Below, piece after piece: positions 21,992 to 31,379 of a stretch of 64,000 nucleotides of DNA. Origin of the DNA: Trueperaceae bacterium (GTDB taxonomy: Bacteria; Deinococcota; Deinococci; Deinococcales; Trueperaceae). The notes under the pieces are model-generated. The model had not been told where the DNA came from and searched no databases. It was given only the letters and a program-made list of their open reading frames with translations. How positions within the stretch are numbered: position 1 is the first letter of the stretch; each line of letters opens with the position of its first letter. The stretch is taken from assembly GCA_035703635.1 (NCBI GenBank), contig DASSXV010000044.1, forward strand, positions 32,001 to 96,000, written 5' to 3'. A program made the translations under genes and the position numbers.

Positions 21992-22594
21992 ATGGCGAGC
22001 GCCAAGCCCCCTTCCTTTCTGGAGCGCCTCTTCTCCCCCGTTTGGTTCATGCCGACGGCCATCTGGGTCGTGCGCGTGTTCGCGACGCTGTTCTACGGCC
22101 TGCGAGTAAGCGGCCTCGAGCACGTGCCTCAAGGCGTCGGGCTGGTGGTGGCGTGCAACCACGAGAGCAGTTGGGACCCGCCCATCGTTGGCGTGTCCAT
22201 CAACCGCAAGCTTGAGTTCATGGCCAAGAAGGAGCTCTTCCAGAAGCCGTTCTCGCGCGCGATCATGCGCGGCCTGCGGGCGTTCCCCGTCGACCGTGAG
22301 GGCCAGGACATCGGCGCGATCAAGGAGGCGTTGCGGCGCCTGAAGGCCGGCAGGGCCATCGGCATCTTCGTTCAAGGGACACGGAACTCAGGCGACGCCG
22401 GCGGGCTAGACGGTGCGGCCTACCTGGCGCAGCGCGCGGACGTGCCGCTGTTGCCAGCAGCGATATGGCGTGAGGGACGCAGCTTCCGCGTGGCGTTCGG
22501 TCCGGCCATCGTGGCGCATGGCAAGACGCGCGACGACGCCAAGGCGCTCACCAGCGAAGTCATGGTGGAGATACGGGCGCTGCTGCCACACTGA
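21992..22594 (+). CDS. plsC: 1-acyl-sn-glycerol-3-phosphate acyltransferase
   Basis: NHESSWD (HxxxxD), FMAKKELF, IFVQGTR. Confidence 0.88.
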   Translation: MASAKPPSFLERLFSPVWFMPTAIWVVRVFATLFYGLRVSGLEHVPQGVGLVVACNHESSWDPPIVGVSINRKLEFMAKKELFQKPFSRAIMRGLRAFPVDREGQDIGAIKEALRRLKAGRAIGIFVQGTRNSGDAGGLDGAAYLAQRADVPLLPAAIWREGRSFRVAFGPAIVAHGKTRDDAKALTSEVMVEIRALLPH

Positions 22595-22662
22595 TAGCAG
22601 TCAACCTGTGGACGGCCGGCTCGTGGGGAATCCTACAAAGCACGTGGCAGAGCGCATTTCCC

Positions 22663-22691
22663 TTGTCACCCTCCGCTTCGTCTGCTACAGT
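22663..22691 (+). promoter_or_regulatory. Sigma-70/SigA promoter of first HU gene
   Basis: TTGTCA-17 nt-TACAGT with TG extension. GGAGG SD downstream. Confidence 0.75.
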
Positions 22692-22727
22692 GCCTCCAAG
22701 TTAGAAACTTGCTCGGAGGAGGTCAGC

Positions 22728-23054
22728 ATGGCGAAAGCCAAGGCAGCGCCTAAGTCCACGCCCTCGAAGTCCAAGACGGTCTCGAAGGCCGACCTTATCA
22801 AGGCGGTAGCAGAGAGCGCAGCTACACCGAAGAACGACGTCAAGTCCGTTCTGGACCACATGCTTCAGCGGATCAGCACCCACCTAGACAAGGGCAAGAA
22901 AGTGCAGCTGACGGGCTTCGGCACCTTCGAAGTGCGTAGCCGCAAGGCCCGCACGGGCGTCAGGCCCGGCACCACCGAGAAGATCAAGATCCCGGCGAGC
23001 AAGTACCCTGCGTTCAAGCCGGGCAAAGGTTTGAAGGACAAAGTCAAGAAGTAA
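22728..23054 (+). CDS. hup: HU family DNA-binding protein (paralog 1)
   Basis: LTGFGTFEVR, ARTGVRPGT, PAFKPGK. Lys/Ala/Pro-rich N-terminal extension. Confidence 0.95.
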   Translation: MAKAKAAPKSTPSKSKTVSKADLIKAVAESAATPKNDVKSVLDHMLQRISTHLDKGKKVQLTGFGTFEVRSRKARTGVRPGTTEKIKIPASKYPAFKPGKGLKDKVKK

Positions 23055-23080
23055 GCGGTCAACAACTCAAGCAGCCTGCT

Positions 23081-23115
23081 CGCGGGGCGCCAGACTTGGC
23101 GCCCCGCGCTTTCTT
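23081..23115 (+). terminator. Rho-independent terminator after HU paralog 1
   Basis: 12-bp stem CGCGGGGCGCCA/TGGCGCCCCGCG, 4-nt loop, then CTTTCTT. Confidence 0.8.
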
Positions 23116-23184
23116 CGCGCCGTTCGCCGTTAGCGTCAACCGGGCACGGCGCAGCTCGCTGGGCCCGAGTAAACTTGTGACCAG

Positions 23185-23886
23185 ATGTCATTACTTGACC
23201 AGATCGGTCCCGTCATGGTGGGTCCCTCGAGTTCGCACACCGCGGGCGCCTGCCGCCTCGCCCTGCTCGCGCGCCATGTGCTCGGCGCTCAGCCGCGCCA
23301 GGCGCGTTTCGTGCTGCACGGTTCGTTCGCCAAGACGGCGCAGGGTCACGGCACCGACCTCGCGTTGGTGGCTGGCCTGCTCGGTTATCTCCCAGACGAC
23401 GAGCGCATTAGAGACTCCTTCACGCACGCCGCGGCGGCCGGGCTGGAGTTCGAGTTCGCAACGGCGGACTTGGGCGACATCCACCCGAACAGCGTGCGCA
23501 TGGAGCTTAGCGGCGGCCCGGACGACGAGGGCGTATCGGTGCTCGGCTCGAGCCTTGGCGCCGGCTTCGTGAAGATCGTGCAAGTCAACGGCTTCGACGT
23601 TCAGGTTTCCGGCGCGTATCACACGATCCTCGCGCTGCATACTGACCGGCCTGGGGTCATCGCACGCGTTGCCAGCGTGGTGGCCGACGATGACGGCAAC
23701 ATAGCCACGGCGTTCTCCGCACGCCAACGCCGCGGCGGGCACGCCATGATGTCCGTCGAGATAGACCGCCCATTGGCGGAGTACGCCGTCACGTACTTGA
23801 CGCAACTCCCGTACATCCACTGGCTCCGCACGCTGCCCGCCGTCATGGCCACGGACCCAGCTCCACAGGGCGGTGAGGCGCAATGA
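23185..23886 (+). CDS. sdaAB: L-serine dehydratase, Fe-S-dependent, beta subunit (with ACT domain)
   Basis: [30 protein letters not shown]. Confidence 0.95.
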   Translation: MSLLDQIGPVMVGPSSSHTAGACRLALLARHVLGAQPRQARFVLHGSFAKTAQGHGTDLALVAGLLGYLPDDERIRDSFTHAAAAGLEFEFATADLGDIHPNSVRMELSGGPDDEGVSVLGSSLGAGFVKIVQVNGFDVQVSGAYHTILALHTDRPGVIARVASVVADDDGNIATAFSARQRRGGHAMMSVEIDRPLAEYAVTYLTQLPYIHWLRTLPAVMATDPAPQGGEAQ

Positions 23887-24725
23887 CTCTCGCAGACATC
23901 ATGCAGTACTCGGGTAAGGCGTCGGAGTTCGTGCTGGACGACGACCTGGGCAACGACGCGGTTGCTCGCGAGCACTTGCTCGCGACCATGCTGAGCCGCA
24001 TAGGCGAGATGCGCGACTCCATCCGCCGCGGCCTGGCCACCAAGGCGGCTAGCCGCACGGGCATGGTCGGCTGGAACGCCAAAACTCTCCTTGACGCCCC
24101 CGATGTGCTTGGTGCGCCGCTGCTGAAGCGCGTGCAGGAGTACGCCATGGCCGTCAACGAGGAGAACGCCCGCATGGGGCGCATCGTGGCAGCCCCAACG
24201 GCTGGCAGTGCAGGCACCGTGCCAGGCGCCCTGCTCGGCGTCGCAGACCACCTTGGCCTGCCAGACGAGGACCTCGTCATGCCGCTCGTGCTTGCGGCTG
24301 GCATCGGGCAGGTCATCAGCAAGAGCATGTTCATCGCTGGTTCGACGGGCGGCTGCCAGGCGGAGATCGGTTCGAGCGCGGCCATGGCCGCAGCCGCCGT
24401 GACGGAGTTGCTGGGTGGCAGCGCCAACGCTAGCGTGCACGCCGCCGCGCAGGCGCTTATGAACACCATCGGACTGGTATGCGACCCTGTCGGCGGCTAC
24501 GTCGAGGTGCCGTGCGTGTCGCGTAACGCGTTCTACGCCGTGCACGCGGTGGCCGCAGCGCAGTTGGCGTTGGCTGGCGTCGAGTCTGTCATCCCCCCTG
24601 ACGAGGTCGTGTACGCCATGGCGGCGGTCGGCCGCATGCTGCCTCCCGAGTTACGGGAGACGGGGGAGGGCGGCCTGGCCGACACTCCAACTGGTCGGCG
24701 CATCGCCCTCAAGATGGCGCGCTAA
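23883..24725 (+). CDS. sdaAA: L-serine dehydratase, Fe-S-dependent, alpha subunit
   Basis: [45 protein letters not shown] overlap. Confidence 0.95.
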   Translation: MTLADIMQYSGKASEFVLDDDLGNDAVAREHLLATMLSRIGEMRDSIRRGLATKAASRTGMVGWNAKTLLDAPDVLGAPLLKRVQEYAMAVNEENARMGRIVAAPTAGSAGTVPGALLGVADHLGLPDEDLVMPLVLAAGIGQVISKSMFIAGSTGGCQAEIGSSAAMAAAAVTELLGGSANASVHAAAQALMNTIGLVCDPVGGYVEVPCVSRNAFYAVHAVAAAQLALAGVESVIPPDEVVYAMAAVGRMLPPELRETGEGGLADTPTGRRIALKMAR

Positions 24726-24774
24726 TACCGGTCGAACGCTGCGTAGCCGCGGGCACGGTAATCCGCCACGGCGC

Positions 24775-24792
24775 TTGTACAATGTTTCACGA
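24775..24792. promoter_or_regulatory. Putative Rex operator overlapping the ndh -10 box (TACAAT 24778-24783)
   Basis: TTGTACAATGTTTCACGA versus Rex consensus TTGTGAA-N4-TTCACAA: 3 mismatches. Located upstream of an NDH-2 gene. Confidence 0.55.
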
Positions 24793-24867
24793 GGGGCTTT
24801 TGTCCCGCTCCAAGGTTACTTGCCTGAGCGGCCAGACCTACCGCGGCCCCCGTGAAAGGGGGCGGCC

Positions 24868-26232
24868 ATGGCCTCCCGCCCACGAGTAGTGATCATCGGC
24901 GCCGGTTTCGGTGGCCTGCACGCAGCCAAGCAGCTCGCCAACGCACCAGTCGACGTGCTCATGCTCGACCGCAACAACTTCCACACCTTCCAGCCGCTCC
25001 TCTACCAGGTCGCAACGGCCGCGCTGGACAACACCGACGTGGCATATCAGGTGAGGGGCATCTTCCACCACCAGAAGAACTTCCGCTTCAGGCAGGCGGA
25101 GGTCATCGGCTTCGACCACGCCGCACGCGAAGTACTGCTCAAGGGCGGCGACAAGGTGGAGTACGACTACCTCGTGCTGGCCGCAGGGGCCGTGTATCAC
25201 GACTTCGGCACCCCTGGCGTTCGTGAGAACGCCTTCGTGCTCAAGAGCCTCGAGCGGGCCGGCGTGATGCGCTCACACATCCTCAAGCGCTTCGAGGCCG
25301 CGGCTAGTGACCATGCGCTGGTCGAGAAGGGCGCCCTCACCGTCGTGATCGTCGGTGCGGGCCCGACCGGGGTGGAGATGGCTGGGGCCCTCGTAGAACT
25401 CTTCGACCGCGTGCTTGGACGCGACTACCCCGAGCTAGACATGCGCCTCGCGCGCGTCGTGGTCGTCGAGGCGGGCAACGCGGTGCTAGCGCCGTTCAAG
25501 CCCCGGTCGCAACAGTACGCCGAGCGCGTGCTGCGGCGGCGCGGAGTAGACGTGCGCTTAGGTTCCACGGTGGCTGAGGTCCGCGGCGACGCCGTCGTGC
25601 TGCGCTCCGGGGAGGTCATCCCCACTCAGACGGTGGTGTGGGCCGCCGGGGTGCGCGGCCACCCGGTAGCCGAGGCCCTCGCGAACGACGTTGGCGACGC
25701 CATGGAGCGCGGCTGGCGCATAAAGGTGGAGCCAGACCTAAGCTTGCCTGACCACCCTGAGATCTTCGCCATCGGCGACGTGGCGGGGGCGTTCGGCGCG
25801 AACGGGAAGCTATTACCCCAACTAGCGCAGGTGGCCATCCAGGGCGGCAAGCACGTGGCCCGCAGCATCATCCGGCGCCTGCAGCAACGCCCCACCGCGC
25901 CGTTCAAGTACCGCGACCTCGGGAGCATGGCGATCGTCGGTCGCAACGCTGGCGTCGCCGAGTTGTCGCCTGCGCTCCTTGGACTGGAACTGCGCGGCTT
26001 CCTCGGCTGGTTAGGCTGGTTGCTCCTCCACCTCATCTACCTACCGAGCTTCAGGAACCGCTTCTCCGCGCTGTTCACGTGGGCGTACGAGTACCTGACT
26101 TTCGACAGGCACGCACGCCTCATCCTCACTCCGCGCCCGGACACCTGGAGCGCGGAGCCCATACCAACACCGGCTTCAAGAAGCGGCGAGGTGGCGCCGG
26201 ACGGTGAAGCGCTCGACGAGGTCCTCACGTAG
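24868..26232 (+). CDS. ndh: Type II NADH dehydrogenase (NDH-2)
   Basis: GAGFGG, FQPLLYQVAT, GAGPTGVEMAG, WAAGV, AIGD, AQVAIQ. Confidence 0.92.
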   Translation: MASRPRVVIIGAGFGGLHAAKQLANAPVDVLMLDRNNFHTFQPLLYQVATAALDNTDVAYQVRGIFHHQKNFRFRQAEVIGFDHAAREVLLKGGDKVEYDYLVLAAGAVYHDFGTPGVRENAFVLKSLERAGVMRSHILKRFEAAASDHALVEKGALTVVIVGAGPTGVEMAGALVELFDRVLGRDYPELDMRLARVVVVEAGNAVLAPFKPRSQQYAERVLRRRGVDVRLGSTVAEVRGDAVVLRSGEVIPTQTVVWAAGVRGHPVAEALANDVGDAMERGWRIKVEPDLSLPDHPEIFAIGDVAGAFGANGKLLPQLAQVAIQGGKHVARSIIRRLQQRPTAPFKYRDLGSMAIVGRNAGVAELSPALLGLELRGFLGWLGWLLLHLIYLPSFRNRFSALFTWAYEYLTFDRHARLILTPRPDTWSAEPIPTPASRSGEVAPDGEALDEVLT

Positions 26233-27288
26233 GGTCACGCCGAGACCGGGCCCAGTTGTCGGAAGTCGCTGCACGCCAGCCACGGCGTCGAGGCGCTCCT
26301 CGATGACGTCCTCATCGCCCCAGTAACGGCTCGCGCTGGAGGTATCGCCAGGCAGGGTGTAGTTCTCGAGGGTGCTCATGTGGAGGTTATGGGCGCGGCC
26401 GACGCCTAGCTCGAGCATGCCGCCACACCACACGGGCGCGCCGAAGGCCAAGGCCACGTCGTGGACGCGCCGCGCCTCCAGGTGACCCCGCACGCGGCCG
26501 AGCTTGACGTTGATGACCCTGCCAGAGTCGAGCGCCAGGCCCTTGCGAGCGTCGGCGGCGGAGTGTACAGACTCGTCTAGACAGATGGGTGTGAGGAGGA
26601 GCGACTGCAGCTTGGCGTGGTCAACCAGGTCGTCGTGCGCTAGGGGTTGCTCGATGTAGTCGAGTCCCAACTCGTCTAGCTCGTGGAACACGCGCGCGTC
26701 CGTCAGGCGGTAGGCGCTATTGGCGTCGACCGTTAGGGCAGTGTCCGGCAGCGCGGCGCGAACGGCGCGCAGGGGTACTACGTCCCAACCGGGCTTGATC
26801 TTGAACTTCAGGCGCTTGTAGCCCTCGGCGACATGCCGTTCGGCCTCGGCGACGGTGGCTTGGGCCGAAGGCTGGATGCCTAGCGAGGCGCCAACGGCGA
26901 TGCTCTCGCGCACCCCGCCGAGAAGCTGCCAGAGCGGCACACCGGCGGCCTTCGCTTGCAAGTCCCAGAACGCCATCTCGAGGGCGGCAACGGCCATGTT
27001 GTGGCCCCTAATGCCGCTGACGGCGTGTAACAACTGCGCGGGGGTGCTGAACTCCTTGCCGACGACGCGCGGCAAGATGAACTCCTCTAGGGCCGTCCAG
27101 GCGACAGAGGCGGTTTCGTAACTGTATCCGGGCACTCGGTTGGCCGTCACTTCGCCGTAACCGACCAAACCGCCCGAGCGCAGTACCAACAACACCTTGT
27201 GCAGGTCGCGCTCGACCCCGAAACTCGTCTCGAACCGGAACTTAAGGTCGACTGCGAGCTCTCGCAGCTCGACGCTCTCGATCTTCAT
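26176..27288 (-). CDS. menC: o-succinylbenzoate synthase / N-succinylamino acid racemase (NSAR/OSBS subfamily)
   Basis: FETSFG, KFK, VDAN, IEQP, LDES, WCGGMLE, LPGDTSSASRYW. Confidence 0.88.
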   Translation of the reverse strand: MKIESVELRELAVDLKFRFETSFGVERDLHKVLLVLRSGGLVGYGEVTANRVPGYSYETASVAWTALEEFILPRVVGKEFSTPAQLLHAVSGIRGHNMAVAALEMAFWDLQAKAAGVPLWQLLGGVRESIAVGASLGIQPSAQATVAEAERHVAEGYKRLKFKIKPGWDVVPLRAVRAALPDTALTVDANSAYRLTDARVFHELDELGLDYIEQPLAHDDLVDHAKLQSLLLTPICLDESVHSAADARKGLALDSGRVINVKLGRVRGHLEARRVHDVALAFGAPVWCGGMLELGVGRAHNLHMSTLENYTLPGDTSSASRYWGDEDVIEERLDAVAGVQRLPTTGPGLGVTLREDLVERFTVRRHLAAS

Positions 27289-27345
27289 GGGCAGGCCTCC
27301 GTTCGCCCAGCATAAGGCGGAACGGCCGCTCGAAGCTCATAGACC

Positions 27346-28341
27346 TCAGAACTCGTCAGGGAAGCGCATTTCCTCGCGCGACTTGGGTGGAGGCTGCTTG
27401 GGCGGTTGACGAGTAGCCCCGTTCCTCGCCCCTCCACTACTCCCCACCTCGGCTTCGGCCGCTGAGCCGGGCGGTTGGCGCCGCAACCAGCGCTCCCCCA
27501 TCGCACTCGTCACGGCCGCGTCAGACGCCTCCGCGGCAGCGTGGCTGCGCTGCATGCGCGACACGCGGTACTCCTCGACTTGCCGCTTCAGGCTGTCCGC
27601 CCGCTCCAGCGCGGCGCGCGCCAACTCCTTGCGCTTCTCGCGGCGCCTGGCGGCAAGGAACGCCTGGCGTTCGCCTACCTTGCGCGCTTGCGATGCGAGG
27701 CGCGCGACGCGCTCCGTCCGGCTCTTCAACGCCTTGACGCGGTAACTCTGCTCCCACGGCTCCCACTCGAGGGGCGCGACTAGGCGGAACGTCTTGCCCT
27801 TCAGGCGGTTGCTGTAAAGGTAAAGCTCTAGCACACCTGCCTCGCCTGCCAGGTCGCCGAGCTCCGCCGTAACGTCGACGGCCCCGTTCGGTGGCACGAC
27901 GGCGCCAGCCTCCGCCACGATCGGCAACTTGCCGCCGCGCGCGTGCACCGCCAGCTCGATGAGCTGCACCGGGTAAGGGTTCAAGTTCGAAAGGGCGAGC
28001 TTGAGGTGGTGAGGAACCCGCGGCGGCGTTACCGTTGTGGTGGCGCCAAGGGCGCCGGGAAAGGCGTAAACGCGGTCAACGCTCTCTTCAGGCCCGACCC
28101 GAATCTCGCCGTGCGAGATCATCATCTCCGGCAGCCCGCCGGTGCGCCCCCTCCGCCGCCTCTTGAACAACGGGATGGCGAGGATCACGACGAGCGCGAA
28201 CGCCAGCCATGTCAACGTCGTCCACTGCCGCGGGTCGAGAACGAGACCTTGCAAGCCGCCAAGTACGCCAGTCAGCCACACCGCGAAGGCGGCGAATGTA
28301 TCGGCCACGGCGTTCCAAGCTATCTCCAAAAAGCGCAACAT
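27346..28341 (-). CDS. Hypothetical membrane-anchored protein with beta-rich domain and coiled coil
   Basis: Hydrophobic N-terminus followed by KRRRR, a beta-rich middle and an Arg/Glu/Ala helical region. Start chosen at ATG 28341. Confidence 0.65.
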   Translation of the reverse strand: MLRFLEIAWNAVADTFAAFAVWLTGVLGGLQGLVLDPRQWTTLTWLAFALVVILAIPLFKRRRRGRTGGLPEMMISHGEIRVGPEESVDRVYAFPGALGATTTVTPPRVPHHLKLALSNLNPYPVQLIELAVHARGGKLPIVAEAGAVVPPNGAVDVTAELGDLAGEAGVLELYLYSNRLKGKTFRLVAPLEWEPWEQSYRVKALKSRTERVARLASQARKVGERQAFLAARRREKRKELARAALERADSLKRQVEEYRVSRMQRSHAAAEASDAAVTSAMGERWLRRQPPGSAAEAEVGSSGGARNGATRQPPKQPPPKSREEMRFPDEF

Positions 28342-28446
28342 CCACCTACATTCTGACCCTAGTCTTCTAAACTTGGAGTCTAGCGGCGAACATCGTGAGA
28401 ACCTTGCGCGGCCCGCCACCCGCGCTCGCGGCGGTAGCATCTCACC

Positions 28447-29166
28447 GTGGGCCCGCAGCAGGTAAGCACTATCGTCACGGCGGACGGTTCCCGCACTCTC
28501 GTGAACGCGCGCGGCGAGGGCTACAAGTCGCGCCACGGCGCCCTTGCGGAAGCGCGCGCCGTCTACCTCGAGGGGAGCGGCGCCGCCGCGCGCCTAGCCG
28601 TCGGGCGGCCGCTGAGCGTGCTGGAGGTCGGTTTCGGGGCGGGCCTCAACTTTCTCGCCACCGCCGCCGCGGCCGAGGCCGGCACCGCCGCGCTCGATTA
28701 CCGTGCGCTCGAGCTGGCTCCTCCCCAGGCCGAGACCCTCGCCGCGCTGGGTTATGCGGAGCTGCTCGCCCCCTCGCCAGTGCCTGCCGCGCTCGTAGCT
28801 TGGCGCGCGAGTTTCGGCGAGACCATGGCGAGTGGGTGGCACGAGTTCGCGCACGGCAAGGTGACCCTGAAGCTGTTCGTCGGCGACGCCCTCGGCACTA
28901 CTTGGGGCGAGGATGACACTTGGCGCGTAGACGCCGTCTACCACGATGCCTTCAGCCCAGCCGAGCTGCCAGAACTGTGGACCGAGGCGTTCCTATCGCG
29001 CTTAGCCGCTCGCCTTACGCCGGGCGGCGCCATCGTGAGCTTCAGCGTGGCGGGACCCGTCAGGCGCGCACTAGCGGCAGTCGGCTTGAAGGTCAAGAAA
29101 GTAGCGGGGCCGCCAGGAGGCAAGCGTGAAGTGCTAGTAGCCAGCATGCCCGTCCCCACCCCATGA
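28447..29166 (+). CDS. mnmD: tRNA mnm5s2U34 methyltransferase (MnmC methyltransferase domain, MnmD-like)
   Basis: TADGSRTL, GALAEARAVY, LEVGFGAGLNF, YHDAFSP...PELW, GKRE. Confidence 0.85.
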   Translation: MGPQQVSTIVTADGSRTLVNARGEGYKSRHGALAEARAVYLEGSGAAARLAVGRPLSVLEVGFGAGLNFLATAAAAEAGTAALDYRALELAPPQAETLAALGYAELLAPSPVPAALVAWRASFGETMASGWHEFAHGKVTLKLFVGDALGTTWGEDDTWRVDAVYHDAFSPAELPELWTEAFLSRLAARLTPGGAIVSFSVAGPVRRALAAVGLKVKKVAGPPGGKREVLVASMPVPTP

Positions 29167-30191
29167 CCGCCGCGACAACGGCACTCCACGACGTGATCGT
29201 GGTCGGCGGCGGCGTCGCGGGAGCCACCCTCAACCTCATGACCGCCCGCGCCGGCCTCGATACGCTGCTCCTCGACGAGGGCTTGACCCATGCCAGCGGC
29301 GCGTCCAGCGTTCCTGCCGCGCTTCTCAACGCGCACCGTGGCCGTAGCGGGCGCGCCTCCGCCGCGGACCTAGCCGGCCTTGCCGACTTCTGGGACCTCA
29401 CCAGGGGCTTGGAGGCGCTGGGCTTCGCCACCGGAGCGTTCACGAGCGGCGTGATCCGCATCGCGGACAACCCCAAGCAAGCGCGGGCCTGGCAACGCGT
29501 TGCCGCAGGGACCTGGCTCGAACCTAACGACGTGCCTGCCGCCTACCACGCACCGTTCGGGGCGCTACTGCTGGCCACGGGAGGTTGGGTGGCGCCAAGC
29601 AAGTTGCTAGCTGCCCTCGAGGCCGCAGCTAAGGGCTACGGAGGTGCAACGCGGCGAGGCGTGCGTGTCGACTCTCTCGTCGAGGAAGCCAGCTTCGTGA
29701 CCGTGGCTACGAGCGCGGGCCAACTGCGTGCGCGGCGCGTAGTCCTCTGCCTCGGTGCGGCGCGACCGCCGCACATCAGGCTGCCGCAACTCGAGACCAT
29801 CTGGGGCGAGGCGCTCGTGCTGACAGGCGCCGTGACCGCGCCCTACCCCGTAGCCGGGGCTGTCGTGGCCGCCTTCGAACATGGCACCGTCTACGTGAGT
29901 GGCGGCCACTCGAGCAGCGAGCCGCCAGAGCGCCAGGGCGCCGCCGCGCTGGGCGGCAACCGTCACCCCCTCCAACGCGCGTTGGCCTGGCAGGTGCCGG
30001 CGGTTGACGACGCCACCGCCTTCCGTCACTGGCAGGGCGCGCGGGCGAAGCGCCGGTCAGGTGAACCTGTCGCTCGGCGGCTTACGAAAGGGACTTACTA
30101 CTTCGGGGCGTTAGGCGGCAGGGGTTTCCTGCGCGCAGCAACCCTTGCCACGGCGTTGGCTGCCCGCCTGCACGAAGAGTTGACGCGCTGA
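29163..30191 (+). CDS. FAD-dependent oxidoreductase (DAO family; possible MnmC oxidase half)
   Basis: VVGGGVAG, ASGAS, LGGRGF. ATGA-coupled to mnmD. Confidence 0.75.
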   Translation: MTAATTALHDVIVVGGGVAGATLNLMTARAGLDTLLLDEGLTHASGASSVPAALLNAHRGRSGRASAADLAGLADFWDLTRGLEALGFATGAFTSGVIRIADNPKQARAWQRVAAGTWLEPNDVPAAYHAPFGALLLATGGWVAPSKLLAALEAAAKGYGGATRRGVRVDSLVEEASFVTVATSAGQLRARRVVLCLGAARPPHIRLPQLETIWGEALVLTGAVTAPYPVAGAVVAAFEHGTVYVSGGHSSSEPPERQGAAALGGNRHPLQRALAWQVPAVDDATAFRHWQGARAKRRSGEPVARRLTKGTYYFGALGGRGFLRAATLATALAARLHEELTR

Positions 30192-30192
30192 C

Positions 30193-30582
30193 TCAGGCGA
30201 CAGCGACTTCGAACAGTTCGTCCGCGAGGCGGAAGAGCATCTCCTTCGTGAAGCGCCGCGGTCCCTCGGCCAAGCCACTGCCGTCTTTGGCGAGCGTTAG
30301 CTTGCGGTAGACGTGCGACTCGAACGGGTGCAGCACGACTTCCTTGAAGACGGACGCGCGCTGGCTGGCGGTAACGACGAGCACGGGATCGTCCGCCTGG
30401 CTCGAGAGGCTGGCCGTCATGACTGTGGTTGGCAGGTCGTACGGGCGCGCCATGCGGTAGATGTAGTCGGTGAAGTCGGCCTGCTTCACGAACCTGACGC
30501 CCTCATTCTGGGCGGCGTACTCTCGCAACCACTCGAGAAGTTCGGCCCACGCCTGGTAGAACGCCTTGTCGCTCTCGGTCAT
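30193..30582 (-). CDS. nqo15: NADH-quinone oxidoreductase subunit 15 (frataxin-like)
   Basis: AWAELLEWLREYA...ADFTDYIYRMARPYDLPTT matches my recollection of Thermus Nqo15, and 129 aa fits. Confidence 0.88.
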   Translation of the reverse strand: MTESDKAFYQAWAELLEWLREYAAQNEGVRFVKQADFTDYIYRMARPYDLPTTVMTASLSSQADDPVLVVTASQRASVFKEVVLHPFESHVYRKLTLAKDGSGLAEGPRRFTKEMLFRLADELFEVAVA

Positions 30583-31256
30583 GAGGACATTGTACTCGGC
30601 TGCGCTAGCAGGCGGCCGACCTCGGCGAGGTCACGCGCTTGCGATGCGCCCCGTGGCAATGGGCCGTCTAGCCTGCCGACGTGAATGGCGCCCAAGCCGT
30701 ACTCGAGCGCGCCCGCCATGTCCGCGTCTAGGTCGTCACCCACCATGACGACGTCCTCCGGCACGACCTCGAGCGCAGTGCATGCTAGGGAGAACATGCG
30801 CGGCGCCGGCTTGCGCGCCGCAACGTCGCGGTCGCCAGACACTAGTACAGCCCGGAAGTGGCCCGCTAGACCAAGCGCTTCGAGAGCGGCCCGTTGCATG
30901 TCGTCTGGACCGTTGGTCAGAAGCGCGAGCTTCACCCCACTGGCGTCGAGTCGTGCCAGCAGCTCGGCCGCGCCAGGCAGCGGCCGGTAATCGGCCGCGT
31001 ACGCCGCCACGGCGCCGCTAGCGAGGTCGGCTAGGTCGCTCGGAGGGCGTTGCTGCAGGCGCTCGAGCACGCGCCGCAGCACGAGTTCGAACGTCAGGTG
31101 GCCATCTTGTTCCAACTCGGTCGACACGAGCCGCGTGAAAGCGTTCATGTCGCACTGATGGAGGCCAAGCTCGTTGCGCACTAGCGCTACGAAGGCGGAG
31201 AAGTCGGAGGCGTAGCGCCCCAACGTGTCGTCAAGGTCGAAACAGACCGCTTTCAT
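30579..31256 (-). CDS. HAD family hydrolase
   Basis: FDLDDTL, LLTNG, KP and MVGDDLDADM motifs. Confidence 0.9.
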   Translation of the reverse strand: MKAVCFDLDDTLGRYASDFSAFVALVRNELGLHQCDMNAFTRLVSTELEQDGHLTFELVLRRVLERLQQRPPSDLADLASGAVAAYAADYRPLPGAAELLARLDASGVKLALLTNGPDDMQRAALEALGLAGHFRAVLVSGDRDVAARKPAPRMFSLACTALEVVPEDVVMVGDDLDADMAGALEYGLGAIHVGRLDGPLPRGASQARDLAEVGRLLAQPSTMSS

Positions 31257-31379
31257 GGTTCTTTCAGCCTACACCCAGACCGGCGCGCCGCGGCGCCTAG
31301 TGCGGCGGTATTGCCCATCCTGACGCAACGTCTCTCCCCGAGAGGACCGCCGTGCGAGCCTAGGTTATGCTCCGAACTC

